DNA of 64,000 nucleotides from Candidatus Aegiribacteria sp. (GCA_013138965.1 WTBT01000012.1:3497-67496), one strand, 5' to 3'. Shown: positions 18,992-29,156, counted from the first letter of the stretch. A program made the numbers and translations. Notes: generated by a model not told the origin, from the letters alone.

Positions 18992-19021
18992 GGTCAGGTC
19001 TTGCATTTGAGCATTATTATC
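18991..19021 (+). repeat. Dispersed repeat copy (GGGTCAGGTCTTGCATTTGAGCATT + ATTATC), abutting the rseP TAG stop
   Basis: The 31-nt string is identical to 38127-38157. The first G is the last base of the TAG stop codon. Confidence 0.8.
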
Positions 19022-19034
19022 AATTTATTTACCT

Positions 19035-19352
19035 TTATGGTTGGCAGGCTGGAGATGGAGGTTCAAGAATTGCGATGGTGTCGGCTATGCAGCTGTAAAG
19101 GTAAGCCCATGCTTCCGGATTTGATTCGCATGATTGTATAAGAGAGAGTAATTCAGTGTCCTCCGGCTTTTCCGGACGAAGGCTGTCAGCTGGCGGCAGA
19201 ACCCAGTGCCTCGCGAGGATTCCTGCCCATTCCCGGAGTTCACTCTTCATATTATCTGAAATACCACTGTAGGAATCGGGTTCATTACAGGATGTCAGAG
19301 TAATAATAAGAGAAATCATCAACGGGATTATGGCAATTGTATATATTCGCAT
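19035..19352 (-). CDS. Hypothetical small lipoprotein
   Basis: 105 aa. Signal peptide plus lipobox (MRIYTIAIIPLMISLIITLTSC). It lies antisense between rseP and the Omp85-family gene. Confidence 0.4.
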   Translation of the reverse strand: MRIYTIAIIPLMISLIITLTSCNEPDSYSGISDNMKSELREWAGILARHWVLPPADSLRPEKPEDTELLSLIQSCESNPEAWAYLYSCIADTIAILEPPSPACQP

Positions 19353-19428
19353 CGTACTCCTGTTCGAACGGGAACCCTGGCAGTATAGTCGAACTACGAC
19401 TGCCTGAACAGTGTTATCTGGAGGTTAA

Positions 19429-22400
19429 ATGAAAAAGGCATTGATTCTTTTCCTTCCTGTTTTATTCACGATCTGTTTCGCAACTTCCTATGGACGCAAC
19501 AAAGTCCAGGTAGGCGAACACGAATGGTGGGAGATACAGGGCAGGCATTTTACCATCTATTTCCCTCAGGGTGGAGAAATACCGGCGGAGACCCTTCTTG
19601 TACATACAGAAAGAGAGTTGATCAAGCTTTCCGAGGAATTCAATTACATGCCGGAGGAACCGATACCTATCGTGCTTTACATTTCCCCCGGCCATTTCAG
19701 ACAGACCGATATCAATCCATACGAAATACCACAGGCAGTTGGAGGATTCACTGAATTTTACAAAGGCAGGGTAGTAATACCCTTCACAGGTTACTGGTCG
19801 GAGTTTCGCCATGTAATAGCACATGAACTTAACCATGCTTTTATCTTCGATATGCTTTACAAGCGTTCCCTGCTTAACATCATTACCGGTGGTACACCTC
19901 TCTGGATGATGGAGGGTCTTGCCGAGTACACATCCCTCGGCTGGGATGCGGCTTCCGAAGCCGAATTCAGAGATATGGTCATATCTTATCAGATCGTTTC
20001 CATTGATGAGCTTTCCAGAAGAAATGATTATCTTGTTTACCGCGAAGGGCAGGCAATCTACCATTTCATGAACGAAAGGTATGGTGAGGAGAAGTACAGA
20101 GAATTCGTTCAGCGTATCAACATCCGAGGTAGAGGAAATTTTGATTCAAACGTGGAATCGAATGGTTCTTCCAATGGACAGCGAAGATCTGGAGATATCT
20201 TTGATGCGGTATTCGACATGTCCAGTGCTCAATTCAGTGAGAAATTCCTGGAATGGGCACGGGAAACATACTGGTCCGAGCTGGCCTGCTGTGAGAGTCC
20301 CAGTGATATCGCAAACGCCATTTACAGTGATGATGAAAGAATAATGCAGATCAACTCCATAGTATCAACTGATGGAAGGTTTATTGCCGGTGTCGAATAC
20401 CATCACGCGCATTTGGCAGTGACAGTCAGATCGGCCGTAACGGGTGAGGTAGAAGAAAGACCGTTTGTATCCGGAGGGATCTCTGATGTTTCAGTATCAC
20501 CCATGTATCGGATATGCAGTTTTTCCCCAACTGCTGATTCCATAGTCGTAGCGGCGCAGTATGTATCCGGAGATCAGCTTATCATCTGTTCTGATGGAAA
20601 GAAGGATAACCTTCCCTTTGAACTGGATCTGATCCGCGATCCTGCCTGGTCTTCCTGTGGTCGGTATATCGGATTTGCAGGCATGGACAGTGGCCAGCTC
20701 AATATCTACGTCTGGGATATTCTGGAACAGGAATTATCACAGATAAACGATGATATATCAGGGGAACGAGATCTCTCCTGGATCGATGACAGAATCCTTT
20801 GCGCTGCTGAATCAGTCAGTGGAGAGACGAGAATAATTGAATACACCCTTGAAGGCGAATCTGTTACTGTACTGGCTGATTCTTCTGAAATCAGATATCC
20901 CATCAGCGTTCCGGATGGGATACTCTTCATGTCTAACATGAGCGGTTTCCCTGACCTTTACCTGCTTCAGGATGGATCCGATGAGATTGTCCGACTTACA
21001 GCCCTTTACCGAACCATCGATTCCCCTTCCTGGGCTGCTTCCTCCGATATACTGACTTTCGTATCCAGAGACTGGAATGGAAGCGGGGTTTTTCTTGCAT
21101 ACGACATTATAGACAGACGGGTAATAGCATGTGAACATGGAGCCTTTCATGGAACTACTGCTGGAACGGAAGACAGGCTCATTCCTGAATATTATCCAAT
21201 AGCTGACTCAACAGAGGCATCAGAGCAACGCGGTCGTCGAGAATCCCGGAGCCCGACAGCTTCATCTGAGCTTATTCCTGAAGCTGCTCCGTCAGATGAT
21301 ATATCCGTTCAGCGCAGCGAGGATGAGTTCCTGTGCGGCATTTCCCCCTACACACCAAGACTGACCATAGATTACGTCAGCGCCATGGCAGCATACGATT
21401 CGTATTTAGGCATTTCTGGATACACTACCTTCATTCTCAGCGACATGCTTGCTCACCATCAGATCGTACTGAATACGAATCTGAACGGAGGCAGTCTCAG
21501 TGATGTGGATGTAGCGGTTTTCTATGGCTATCTTCCCCATCGTACTGATTTAGTCTTTGGCCTTATGCGGCAATCATACAGGTATCTGTTTAAGTTTTCC
21601 GATGGCCATTACGAAGAGGTCAGAGACGTTGATATTACTGGATTTGGTATGGCCAGGTATCCGATCAGTCCATCATTAAGGATCAGCGGTTTACTGGAGT
21701 ACAGGCATTTAAGTCGAACCGGAACCTGGAACTCAACTGCAGATATTGATGAGGATATTCTTTCTTTGCAGGCCGGGGTTGTCTTTGATAATGCCCTTTG
21801 GGGAAGTGTGGGTCCACGGGTTGGAAGCAGGCTCAGCATCGTAGGTGAATATGCTCCATCTATTTCAGGATCAGCAAGTTACAGTACAGTCATGTTTGAT
21901 TTCAGGAATTACCTATGGGTATCCCAGAGGGTTACATTCGCCACAAGGCTTGCGGGTGGAACAAGCTGGGGACCAGATGCGCAGAATTTCTTTCTTGGCG
22001 GCGCTATACCTCACAGGCTGTTATGGGGAAAAGTTGAGACCATTGATGAGCTTCTTGGTTTCTATACGAACTACGGCGATATCCTGAGGGGGTATGATTA
22101 CGCCTCTATTCAGGGACGCGGATACGGAATCTTTTCAGCGGAGTTAAGAGTACCATTCGTGAATACGCTGGCACTTGATGCCCCGCTCCCGCTTACCTTC
22201 AGAAACGGAAGAGGTGTTCTCTTCTTCGATCTTGGCTGCGCTTTCGATGACCTTTCCAGTTTTCATGGAGCTTCGACTGCAGGAGGTTATCATCTTGATG
22301 ACCTGAAGATGAGCCTGGGAATCGGATACAGAATCAACCTCGGCTACTTTCTGCTGAAGCATGATATCGCCTGGCGAACCGATCTTCGCGGCATTTCCCG

Positions 22401-22440
22401 CAAGCCTGAGCAGAATATAACCATCGGCGCTGAATTCTGA
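19429..22440 (+). CDS. Omp85/Bac_surface_Ag-family outer-membrane protein with an N-terminal HExxH (gluzincin-like) domain and a PD40/TolB-like beta-propeller; no POTRA domains
   Basis: 1003 aa. Signal peptide (MKKALILFLPVLFTICFA). HELNHAF followed by MMEGLAEY (HExxH...E). TolB-like repeats in the middle. C-terminal barrel with the Omp85 loop-6 motif (ILRGYDYASIQGRGYG) and a terminal aromatic residue (GAEF). It occupies the position downstream of rseP where bamA normally lies. Confidence 0.65.
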   Translation: MKKALILFLPVLFTICFATSYGRNKVQVGEHEWWEIQGRHFTIYFPQGGEIPAETLLVHTERELIKLSEEFNYMPEEPIPIVLYISPGHFRQTDINPYEIPQAVGGFTEFYKGRVVIPFTGYWSEFRHVIAHELNHAFIFDMLYKRSLLNIITGGTPLWMMEGLAEYTSLGWDAASEAEFRDMVISYQIVSIDELSRRNDYLVYREGQAIYHFMNERYGEEKYREFVQRINIRGRGNFDSNVESNGSSNGQRRSGDIFDAVFDMSSAQFSEKFLEWARETYWSELACCESPSDIANAIYSDDERIMQINSIVSTDGRFIAGVEYHHAHLAVTVRSAVTGEVEERPFVSGGISDVSVSPMYRICSFSPTADSIVVAAQYVSGDQLIICSDGKKDNLPFELDLIRDPAWSSCGRYIGFAGMDSGQLNIYVWDILEQELSQINDDISGERDLSWIDDRILCAAESVSGETRIIEYTLEGESVTVLADSSEIRYPISVPDGILFMSNMSGFPDLYLLQDGSDEIVRLTALYRTIDSPSWAASSDILTFVSRDWNGSGVFLAYDIIDRRVIACEHGAFHGTTAGTEDRLIPEYYPIADSTEASEQRGRRESRSPTASSELIPEAAPSDDISVQRSEDEFLCGISPYTPRLTIDYVSAMAAYDSYLGISGYTTFILSDMLAHHQIVLNTNLNGGSLSDVDVAVFYGYLPHRTDLVFGLMRQSYRYLFKFSDGHYEEVRDVDITGFGMARYPISPSLRISGLLEYRHLSRTGTWNSTADIDEDILSLQAGVVFDNALWGSVGPRVGSRLSIVGEYAPSISGSASYSTVMFDFRNYLWVSQRVTFATRLAGGTSWGPDAQNFFLGGAIPHRLLWGKVETIDELLGFYTNYGDILRGYDYASIQGRGYGIFSAELRVPFVNTLALDAPLPLTFRNGRGVLFFDLGCAFDDLSSFHGASTAGGYHLDDLKMSLGIGYRINLGYFLLKHDIAWRTDLRGISRKPEQNITIGAEF

Positions 22441-22501
22441 TGGGAATAAAGTATATTCCACTTTACGGCAGTATCATGAAATAGCACGGAGGAATTTCGA
22501 T

Positions 22502-23362
22502 TTGAAAATACTTTATCTTCTATTTATCTTGGTATCTATTGTTTCCGCATGGACCTGTCCGGCATGTGGTTCAGATAACAACGGGGATTTTTGTTCTGAT
22601 TGCGATCTCCCCCAACCCCCCGAGGGTATGGAGTATATAGGTCCTTCAACCGTAACGGTTGATGGAGAAGGTATCTCTGTTGATCCCTTTTTTATTGATA
22701 GAGAGCCTGTTATCTGCAGAGATATTCTCGACTGGCTTGCCCGGGAGATATCCAATGTCGACCAGATACCGGTTTACCTTACCGGGCAGGAAGAACTGCT
22801 TATGCCCGGCTCCAGCATGGGAGAAGATTTCGGGAACATCATCTTCGTCAGGTATACGCCATGGGTAATTTACAAGAACATGGAAGGTGGCGTAACCGGC
22901 GTTACCGTACAGACCGGCTGTTTTGATATTCCGGCTGCTTCGATTACATTCGATGCGGCAAGGCTCTACCTGAATGATAGCGGTAAAAGACTTCCCACAA
23001 GAGTGGAGATCTCAGCCGCTGCTTCAGTCGGCGCGATAGGGTTTGAAGATACATGGGAAGTCATGAATGCCTATTCTGATTTCATATCGATGACCCTTTC
23101 CGGCATTATAGGAATATCTCCTTCCAGACTGGCCATGTTTTCTGAGAATCAGGCGCCTGAGGAACGAATAATGTGGGAATGGACACGTGATGCATGGGAG
23201 CAGCCTCCCGGCACAATCTCGGATCTTCAATCTCCGTACGCACTGATATTCAAGCCGCTTGACCCTCCTGTTGAGGGAACAGCTATGAGGGAGAGCGGAT
23301 ATTACAACGTCATTTTTCGGGGAATAGTACCAATACCCTGGATTGACCATAGTGGAAACTGA
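22502..23362 (+). CDS. Secreted protein with an N-terminal zinc ribbon and an FGE-sulfatase (SUMF1, C-type-lectin-like) domain
   Basis: Signal peptide. CPACG...CSDC ribbon. FGE-family motifs (RLPTRVEISAAA, MWEWTRDAW) and a C-terminal NVIFRG. Confidence 0.5.
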   Translation: MKILYLLFILVSIVSAWTCPACGSDNNGDFCSDCDLPQPPEGMEYIGPSTVTVDGEGISVDPFFIDREPVICRDILDWLAREISNVDQIPVYLTGQEELLMPGSSMGEDFGNIIFVRYTPWVIYKNMEGGVTGVTVQTGCFDIPAASITFDAARLYLNDSGKRLPTRVEISAAASVGAIGFEDTWEVMNAYSDFISMTLSGIIGISPSRLAMFSENQAPEERIMWEWTRDAWEQPPGTISDLQSPYALIFKPLDPPVEGTAMRESGYYNVIFRGIVPIPWIDHSGN

Positions 23363-23380
23363 AACAGAAAGGAATAGAGT

Positions 23381-23983
23381 ATGAACAGTGTATTTAAAAT
23401 CCTTGTGACTGTTGCCGTAATCGCTCTTGTTATCGGCTGTGGAGGCAGAGATGTTACCCGAACCGATCCGGATACCGTAACTGATCTCAGCGGTTACTGG
23501 AACGAAACCGATGCCCACATGGTGGCTGACTCGATGATTACCCAGTGTCTTGACGGTAGATGGCTTGGAGATTTCTCATACAGGATAAGCAGGGGGGAAC
23601 GTCCGCTTCTTCCCGTAATTGTTGTTGGCGGAATCTACAATGCGAGTTCGGAACATATTAACACGGATATCTTCATGACTGCCATAGAGCAGGCTCTTCT
23701 GGAATCAGGTAGAGTTCAGATAGCGGCAGGCGGAACCGGCAGAGGTGAAGTCAGGTCTGAAAGACAAGACCAGACCATCTTCTCATCACCGGAAACTGCT
23801 GCCGCATTCGGTCATGAGATAGGCGCAGACTTCGTAATGACCGGAAATATAGGATCAATAGTTGATGAAGAAGGTAGTACCAGAAGTATGTACTACCAGA
23901 TCAGCCTGGAGCTTATCGATGTCGAAACGGCGCTTAAGTCCTGGATAGGAAGTCTCGAGATCAAGAAGATGATCGAGTGGTAG
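23381..23983 (+). CDS. Lipoprotein, LpoB-like (COG3417-type fold)
   Basis: Lipobox (VIALVIGCGG). The motif layout resembles LpoB (VIVVGGIYNASS..., ADFVMTGNIGSI..., YQISLELIDVETA). Confidence 0.45.
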   Translation: MNSVFKILVTVAVIALVIGCGGRDVTRTDPDTVTDLSGYWNETDAHMVADSMITQCLDGRWLGDFSYRISRGERPLLPVIVVGGIYNASSEHINTDIFMTAIEQALLESGRVQIAAGGTGRGEVRSERQDQTIFSSPETAAAFGHEIGADFVMTGNIGSIVDEEGSTRSMYYQISLELIDVETALKSWIGSLEIKKMIEW

Positions 23984-24045
23984 GAAAAACCCTCGAATCC
24001 TGCTGAGTTCCGAATGAAGTATCCGATTACGGAGAAAGTTAAGCT

Positions 24046-25368
24046 ATGATCAGACCATGCAATTCATTCGCTGCAGTTGCGATTGCATTGGCAGTTGTAA
24101 TTTGTGGTTGCGCAACCGATTATACCCGTGAAATGAGGCCGATAACCTCAAGCCTGAAGATGGATAGACCTGATCTTGCCATCGTAGAATTCAGAGAGAA
24201 TTTTACTGACTCCACCGGCAGGAACAGGCTTCTTTATCTTATGGAGCTGGGTAACCTGATGCGGCTTTCAGGTGATTTCCCCGCAGCGGAGAATCTGTTG
24301 CTTCAGGCTGACAGACTAAGCGATCAGCAGCGTGGAATTGAACTAGGGCAGGAAGTAGAGGCATTTCTAAGCAGCGATCTGGCCCTTGAGTTCCGAGGGG
24401 CAGATTATGAGAAGGTTTTCATAAATTACTGTTTAGCAGTAAGCTATGCCTCGGAAAATAATATGGAGGATGCACTGGTTGAATGCAGAAGGGTTAACGA
24501 CAAACTGCGGGTGCTTAACCAGAGCTATGAAGAGAACAAGAACAGGTACAGTGATGATGCTTTTATCAGATACCTTATGGGTATCCTCTACGAAAAGGCG
24601 GGAGATCTCAATAATGCTCTGATAGCTTACAGGAACAGTGCCGCCATATACGATTCTTCCTATGCGGTAGATTACGGAATATCAGCTCCGCAGCGGGTGA
24701 AATCCGACATCCTTAGACTTTCCAGTGAGCTTGGAATGCAGTCGGTGTATCAGGATTACTCCTCCCGATGGCCTGAAGTGATCTGGGAAAACGAGGGTCC
24801 CGATCTGGATCATGGTGAAATAGTGGTTGTTCTGGAGGCTGGAATGATCCCTCCCAGGGTTGAGAAATCTTATACCTTCGTTTTCAATAACCGGGTTTAC
24901 AGGGTTTCTTTACCGGCTATATCGAAGAAACGGCGCGAATCCTGGTCGGTCATCCTTTCCTCGGGAGATATGCAGACCCATGGATTCCTTGCCGAGGATC
25001 TTGCAGGTATAGCCAGAAAGAACCTTGAGGATCAGGCCGGACGTAATATCGTACGAGCTGTTGCCAGGCTGGCTGTAAAAGCCGGTGTGACAGAGGCGGG
25101 GGAACAGCTTGTGGAGGAACTTACTGAAGAGAACAGCGACATTTCACGTCTTACAGGTTTTCTTCTGAGTATTGTAGGTGCCGTTACTGAACGGGCGGAT
25201 CTGAGAGCATGGCTGACACTGCCCTCGCAGATATTTGTAGCCCGCCTCAGGCTTCCCGAAGGAGAGCATCCTGTCAGGGTTGAAGTAAATGGTCGGATTG
25301 TTTTCAGTGATGAATCCATGTCTGTAGATCCTGGCGAAATAAACCTGCTGTTTCTAAGGGAAGGTTAG
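24046..25368 (+). CDS. Hypothetical lipoprotein with TPR-like repeats
   Basis: Lipobox (VICGCATD). 440 aa of helical-repeat N-terminus plus a beta-rich C-terminus. It is co-oriented and tightly spaced with the two preceding envelope genes. Confidence 0.45.
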   Translation: MIRPCNSFAAVAIALAVVICGCATDYTREMRPITSSLKMDRPDLAIVEFRENFTDSTGRNRLLYLMELGNLMRLSGDFPAAENLLLQADRLSDQQRGIELGQEVEAFLSSDLALEFRGADYEKVFINYCLAVSYASENNMEDALVECRRVNDKLRVLNQSYEENKNRYSDDAFIRYLMGILYEKAGDLNNALIAYRNSAAIYDSSYAVDYGISAPQRVKSDILRLSSELGMQSVYQDYSSRWPEVIWENEGPDLDHGEIVVVLEAGMIPPRVEKSYTFVFNNRVYRVSLPAISKKRRESWSVILSSGDMQTHGFLAEDLAGIARKNLEDQAGRNIVRAVARLAVKAGVTEAGEQLVEELTEENSDISRLTGFLLSIVGAVTERADLRAWLTLPSQIFVARLRLPEGEHPVRVEVNGRIVFSDESMSVDPGEINLLFLREG

Positions 25369-25402
25369 TGTCCTGTCAGGCACTTGAAAGGACACTGGAT
25401 AA

Positions 25403-26056
25403 ATGACAAGATCAGAGCTCGCATCCATTATCGATCATACACTTCTTAAGCCCGAGGCCGTTCCGGATGATATAAAAAAATTATGCGAGGAAGCTATTCG
25501 TTTCGGATTCTATTCCGTCTGCGTCAACCCGCTATGGGTGCCGCTCGCTTCGGAGATTCTGAGGGAATCAGGACCGATAGTCTGTTCAGTCATAGGGTTT
25601 CCCCTCGGCGCTACAAACTGCATGGGAGAAGAAGCTTTAAAAGCTGTGGACTTAGGAGCCGGTGAGCTGGATATGGTTATACCGATCGGGCATCTGAAAA
25701 GCGGCTATATCAAGAAAACAGCAGCATATATTCAGGACGTGGTCCGCGCATCTTCAGGAAATCCGGTTAAGGTTATTCTTGAAACCTGTCTTCTAACTGA
25801 CGAGGAGAAGGTTCTTGGATGCAGAATCGCTATGGACAGCGGCGCTTCCTGGGTTAAAACCTCCACCGGTTTCAGCAGCGGCGGAGCTACGGTATCTGAT
25901 GTTGCTCTTATGCGGAGTACAGTCGGGGAAACACTTGGTGTTAAGGCATCAGGTGGAATCAGAACCCTTACGGATGCTCTCGCTATGGTAGAGGCGGGAG
26001 CCGGAAGACTGGGCTGCAGCGGAAGTATAGATATAATTGAGTCTCTGGATGTCTGA
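25403..26056 (+). CDS. deoC: Deoxyribose-phosphate aldolase
   Basis: IDHTLLKPEA...SVCVNP...VIGFPLG...KTSTGF (Schiff-base Lys region). 217 aa. Confidence 0.85.
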   Translation: MTRSELASIIDHTLLKPEAVPDDIKKLCEEAIRFGFYSVCVNPLWVPLASEILRESGPIVCSVIGFPLGATNCMGEEALKAVDLGAGELDMVIPIGHLKSGYIKKTAAYIQDVVRASSGNPVKVILETCLLTDEEKVLGCRIAMDSGASWVKTSTGFSSGGATVSDVALMRSTVGETLGVKASGGIRTLTDALAMVEAGAGRLGCSGSIDIIESLDV

Positions 26057-26081
26057 TGGTACTGATCGCAGGGAGATATTA

Positions 26082-26118
26082 GCGCAGGCAACTGGAGGGG
26101 TCAACCAGTTGCCTGCGC
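26082..26118 (+). terminator. Perfect 14-bp hairpin (GCGCAGGCAACTGG-9 nt loop-CCAGTTGCCTGCGC) 25 nt after the deoC stop; possible factor-dependent or U-tract-less terminator
   Basis: The inverted repeat is read directly from the sequence. There is no 3' U-run. Confidence 0.3.
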
Positions 26119-26335
26119 ATGTCCTGGATCACAATTCACTCTCAACAGCCGATCAGGGAGGGGATCAGACCGGCAGTATCACAAGAACGAAAGCCGGCAC
26201 TATAATCAATGCAAGAATGACTATCAGCCAGTTTTTCAATCCAGGTTTTTGCATTTTTAAGATCTCCCAACACTTTTGTATTTTCTACCGAACGCCTATA
26301 CCAAAGCAAGAACTTTGCCAGCTTGGGGATTTTTT

Positions 26336-28510
26336 ATGAGCAAAGATCAAATGAATCCAAGACAGAGGGAGGCTGTAGATTATACAGGAGGCCCCCTTCT
26401 TATACTCGCAGGAGCCGGAAGCGGCAAAACCCGGGTTCTTACAGCCAAAATAGCGGACATTATTGAAAAAGGTTATGCGGAACCATGGGAGATTCTTGCC
26501 ATGACCTTCACGAATAAAGCTGCACAGGAAATGAGAGGGCGGGTTGAGAGCGTGCTTCCCGGAAGAGGCGGAAGGGTAAGATTGGGAACATTCCATTCCA
26601 TCTGTGCCTGGATTCTGAGACGTGAAGCCCACTACCTTGGGTACAATCAGAATTTTGTTATTTACGATGCGGATGATCAGAAAACTCTGATCAGAAGGCT
26701 TCTGAAGGGAATAAATTCATCAACGAAAATTACTCCCGGCCTTGCGAAGGGATACATCTCAAGGAGCAAGAACGAAGGTATTTCATCAGAGGAAGCGATG
26801 CTGCAGGCATCCGGTCAGAGCGAGATCGATCTTGCCGAAGTTTATCATAAATACCAGGAACGTTTGAAATCCTCCGGGGCGTTTGATTTTGACGATTTGT
26901 TGACGGGAGTCCTCGCTATATTTCGTCAAAATGATGACATAAGAAAACTCTATTCTTCCATGTTCTCATACATTCTGGTTGATGAATACCAGGATACTAA
27001 TAAAGTGCAGCATGAGCTTCTGAAAGAGCTTTCAAAGGGTGGTGCTGGGATATGTGTCGTAGGCGATGACGATCAGTCCATCTATGCATGGAGGGGTGCT
27101 TGTGTAGAGAACATTCTGGAATTTTCTGAGGATTTTCCGGGCACCAGGATCATCAGACTGGAAGAAAATTACAGATCCAGCGGAAATATTCTGCGGGGAG
27201 CATCCGCGTTGGTAAATCACAATAGAAAAAGACACGGTAAAACACTATGGACAAAACAGGACGCCGGACATCCGATAACTGTCAAATGCCTTTACAATGA
27301 AACCGAAGAGGCGGAATGGATACTGAATGAGATAGTCGAACTGATAGAAGACGGCTCATGTCCATCTGATTCAATTGCCGTGTTATACAGGACGAACGCA
27401 CAGTCACGTCAGTTCGAGACTGTATGCAGAAAGCATGGTGTGAATTACGAAGTTGTGGGATCCCAGAGATTCTATGAACGGATGGAAATCAAGGATATCA
27501 TCGCTTATCTGAGAGTTGTTATCAACCATGATGACCGTCTCAGTCTTGAGCGGATAATCAACAAACCCGCAAGGGGGCTTGGAGGGAAAGGGAGAGCATC
27601 CTTTTTTGCTTTCGTGGATTCGAAGGGAATGGATCCTGTGGACGCAATGCTTATTTCCGATAGTATCGGCGGTATTACTTCCAGAGCATCGAAGGAGCTT
27701 TCAAAACTTGGAGAATGGTTCAGACTGACCGGGGAAAATGCCGCGGGAGGTGTATCAGCTTCTGAAATAGTAGACAGTCTTATTGACAGTACAGGTTTAG
27801 CAGCACAGTACGATACAGAAGATATTACGGATCAATCACGCCTTGAAAATATCACGGAGTTCAGAAGAAGTGTATCGGAATACGATCAGGCCGTTCCGGG
27901 CGGAGACCTGCCGGGTTTCATGACGGACATCAGTCTGGCTACAACCGTTGACGAGTACGAGGGAGAGAACAGCGGTAAAGTTGCCCTCATGACTCTTCAT
28001 TGTGCCAAAGGCCTTGAATTCAACGTTGTTTTCATAGCAGGACTTGAGGAGGGCATGCTCCCTTTCATCAGGCCGGGTGAGTTCACGCCTTCCAATATGG
28101 AAGAAGAGAGAAGACTTCTTTATGTGGGGATGACAAGAGCCCGTGAAAGGCTGCTGCTGACATGCGCATTGAACAGAAAAAGAGCCGGAGTTGCGCAATC
28201 CGGCCCATCCAGGTTCATAGCTGAAATTGCAAGCGGGGAAAGCAGAATACAGCCTGTGAAAGACGCATTCTCTGCCAGAGCTGAGAAAGATGACTTCACA
28301 GATGCGAATGAAAATATTACTACTTACAGCAGCGGAAATCTTATAAGACATCCAAGGTATGGCATAGGACTTGTGAAAAAGGCCGTGAAAACAGGATCTG
28401 AATGGAGGATTACGGTTGATTTCGGATTTGATGAACCCAAGACACTGGTGACTGGATATGTACCTATTCCAATTTTAAAGCAGAAAGGTTCAATAAGAGA
28501 CCTTGATTGA
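26336..28510 (+). CDS. pcrA: ATP-dependent DNA helicase PcrA/UvrD family
   Basis: Walker A ([16 protein letters not shown]), DEYQDTN, YRS, and the motif VI region ([14 protein letters not shown]...VGMTRA). I chose the ATG at 26336 ([14 protein letters not shown]) over the longer upstream ORF. Confidence 0.9.
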   Translation: MSKDQMNPRQREAVDYTGGPLLILAGAGSGKTRVLTAKIADIIEKGYAEPWEILAMTFTNKAAQEMRGRVESVLPGRGGRVRLGTFHSICAWILRREAHYLGYNQNFVIYDADDQKTLIRRLLKGINSSTKITPGLAKGYISRSKNEGISSEEAMLQASGQSEIDLAEVYHKYQERLKSSGAFDFDDLLTGVLAIFRQNDDIRKLYSSMFSYILVDEYQDTNKVQHELLKELSKGGAGICVVGDDDQSIYAWRGACVENILEFSEDFPGTRIIRLEENYRSSGNILRGASALVNHNRKRHGKTLWTKQDAGHPITVKCLYNETEEAEWILNEIVELIEDGSCPSDSIAVLYRTNAQSRQFETVCRKHGVNYEVVGSQRFYERMEIKDIIAYLRVVINHDDRLSLERIINKPARGLGGKGRASFFAFVDSKGMDPVDAMLISDSIGGITSRASKELSKLGEWFRLTGENAAGGVSASEIVDSLIDSTGLAAQYDTEDITDQSRLENITEFRRSVSEYDQAVPGGDLPGFMTDISLATTVDEYEGENSGKVALMTLHCAKGLEFNVVFIAGLEEGMLPFIRPGEFTPSNMEEERRLLYVGMTRARERLLLTCALNRKRAGVAQSGPSRFIAEIASGESRIQPVKDAFSARAEKDDFTDANENITTYSSGNLIRHPRYGIGLVKKAVKTGSEWRITVDFGFDEPKTLVTGYVPIPILKQKGSIRDLD

Positions 28511-28520
28511 AAGGGAGATT

Positions 28521-29156
28521 ATGCAACTGTTTCTTGATACCGCGAACGTTGATGACATTAAGGAGATCGCCGCCTGGGGCATACTGTCCGGAGTTACGAC
28601 GAATCCTTCGCTTATTGCCAGGGAGGGCAGGGATTTCAGAGAAGTTATCAACGAGATCTGTGATATAGTCGATGGCCCAATAAGCGCCGAGGTTATCAGT
28701 GTGGAGAGAGAAGGAATGATAAGAGAGGCCAGGGAAAAGGCCGAATGGCACGAGAATGTGGTAATCAAGATCCCCATGGGGAAAGAGGGCCTGGCAGCTG
28801 TGTCCATACTTGAAAAGGAGGGAATACGGTGTAACGTTACCCTCGTGTTTTCTGCTGCTCAGGGGTATACCGCAGCCCTTGCGGGTGCTTCCTTTGTCAG
28901 TCCCTTCGTGGGAAGGTTGGATGATATTGGAACTCCCGGCATGGAAGTTGTAGCAGATCTTGCCGAGATATATGACCTTCATGGATTCCAGACCATGATA
29001 ATCGCTGCCAGTATCAGACATACACAGCATGTTGAGCAGGCGGCGCTTGCCGGAGCTCATATCGCTACGGTTCCCACTGCAGTTGTAAGAAAGCTTGTGG
29101 AACATCCTCTGACTGATATCGGATTGGAGAAATTTCTTTCCGACTGGAATAAATAG
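28521..29156 (+). CDS. tal: Transaldolase (short Fsa/TalC-type)
   Basis: [15 protein letters not shown]...GVTTNPSL...KIP (Schiff-base Lys). About 212 aa. The alternative start at 28503 adds 6 aa. Confidence 0.85.
   Translation: MQLFLDTANVDDIKEIAAWGILSGVTTNPSLIAREGRDFREVINEICDIVDGPISAEVISVEREGMIREAREKAEWHENVVIKIPMGKEGLAAVSILEKEGIRCNVTLVFSAAQGYTAALAGASFVSPFVGRLDDIGTPGMEVVADLAEIYDLHGFQTMIIAASIRHTQHVEQAALAGAHIATVPTAVVRKLVEHPLTDIGLEKFLSDWNK

Noticed and set aside
18749-19006. Minus-strand ORFs beginning MQDLT... (18749-19006, 35386-35589, 35435-35644, 37771-38142)
   Set aside because: They all begin inside copies of the dispersed repeat, whose reverse complement reads ATG CAA GAC CTG ACC. They overlap well-supported genes on the + strand (rseP, membrane operon gene 4, GNAT) and have no RBS. 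They are artefacts of the repeat.
19429-22440. Calling the 1003-aa Omp85-family protein bamA
   Set aside because: No POTRA repeats are recognisable in the periplasmic portion. Synteny alone is insufficient, so I kept it as an Omp85-family fusion protein.
26037-26339. 100-aa + ORF in the deoC-pcrA intergenic region
   Set aside because: No RBS, no motif. The region contains a strong palindrome and is more likely regulatory or terminator DNA. It overlaps the pcrA 5' region.
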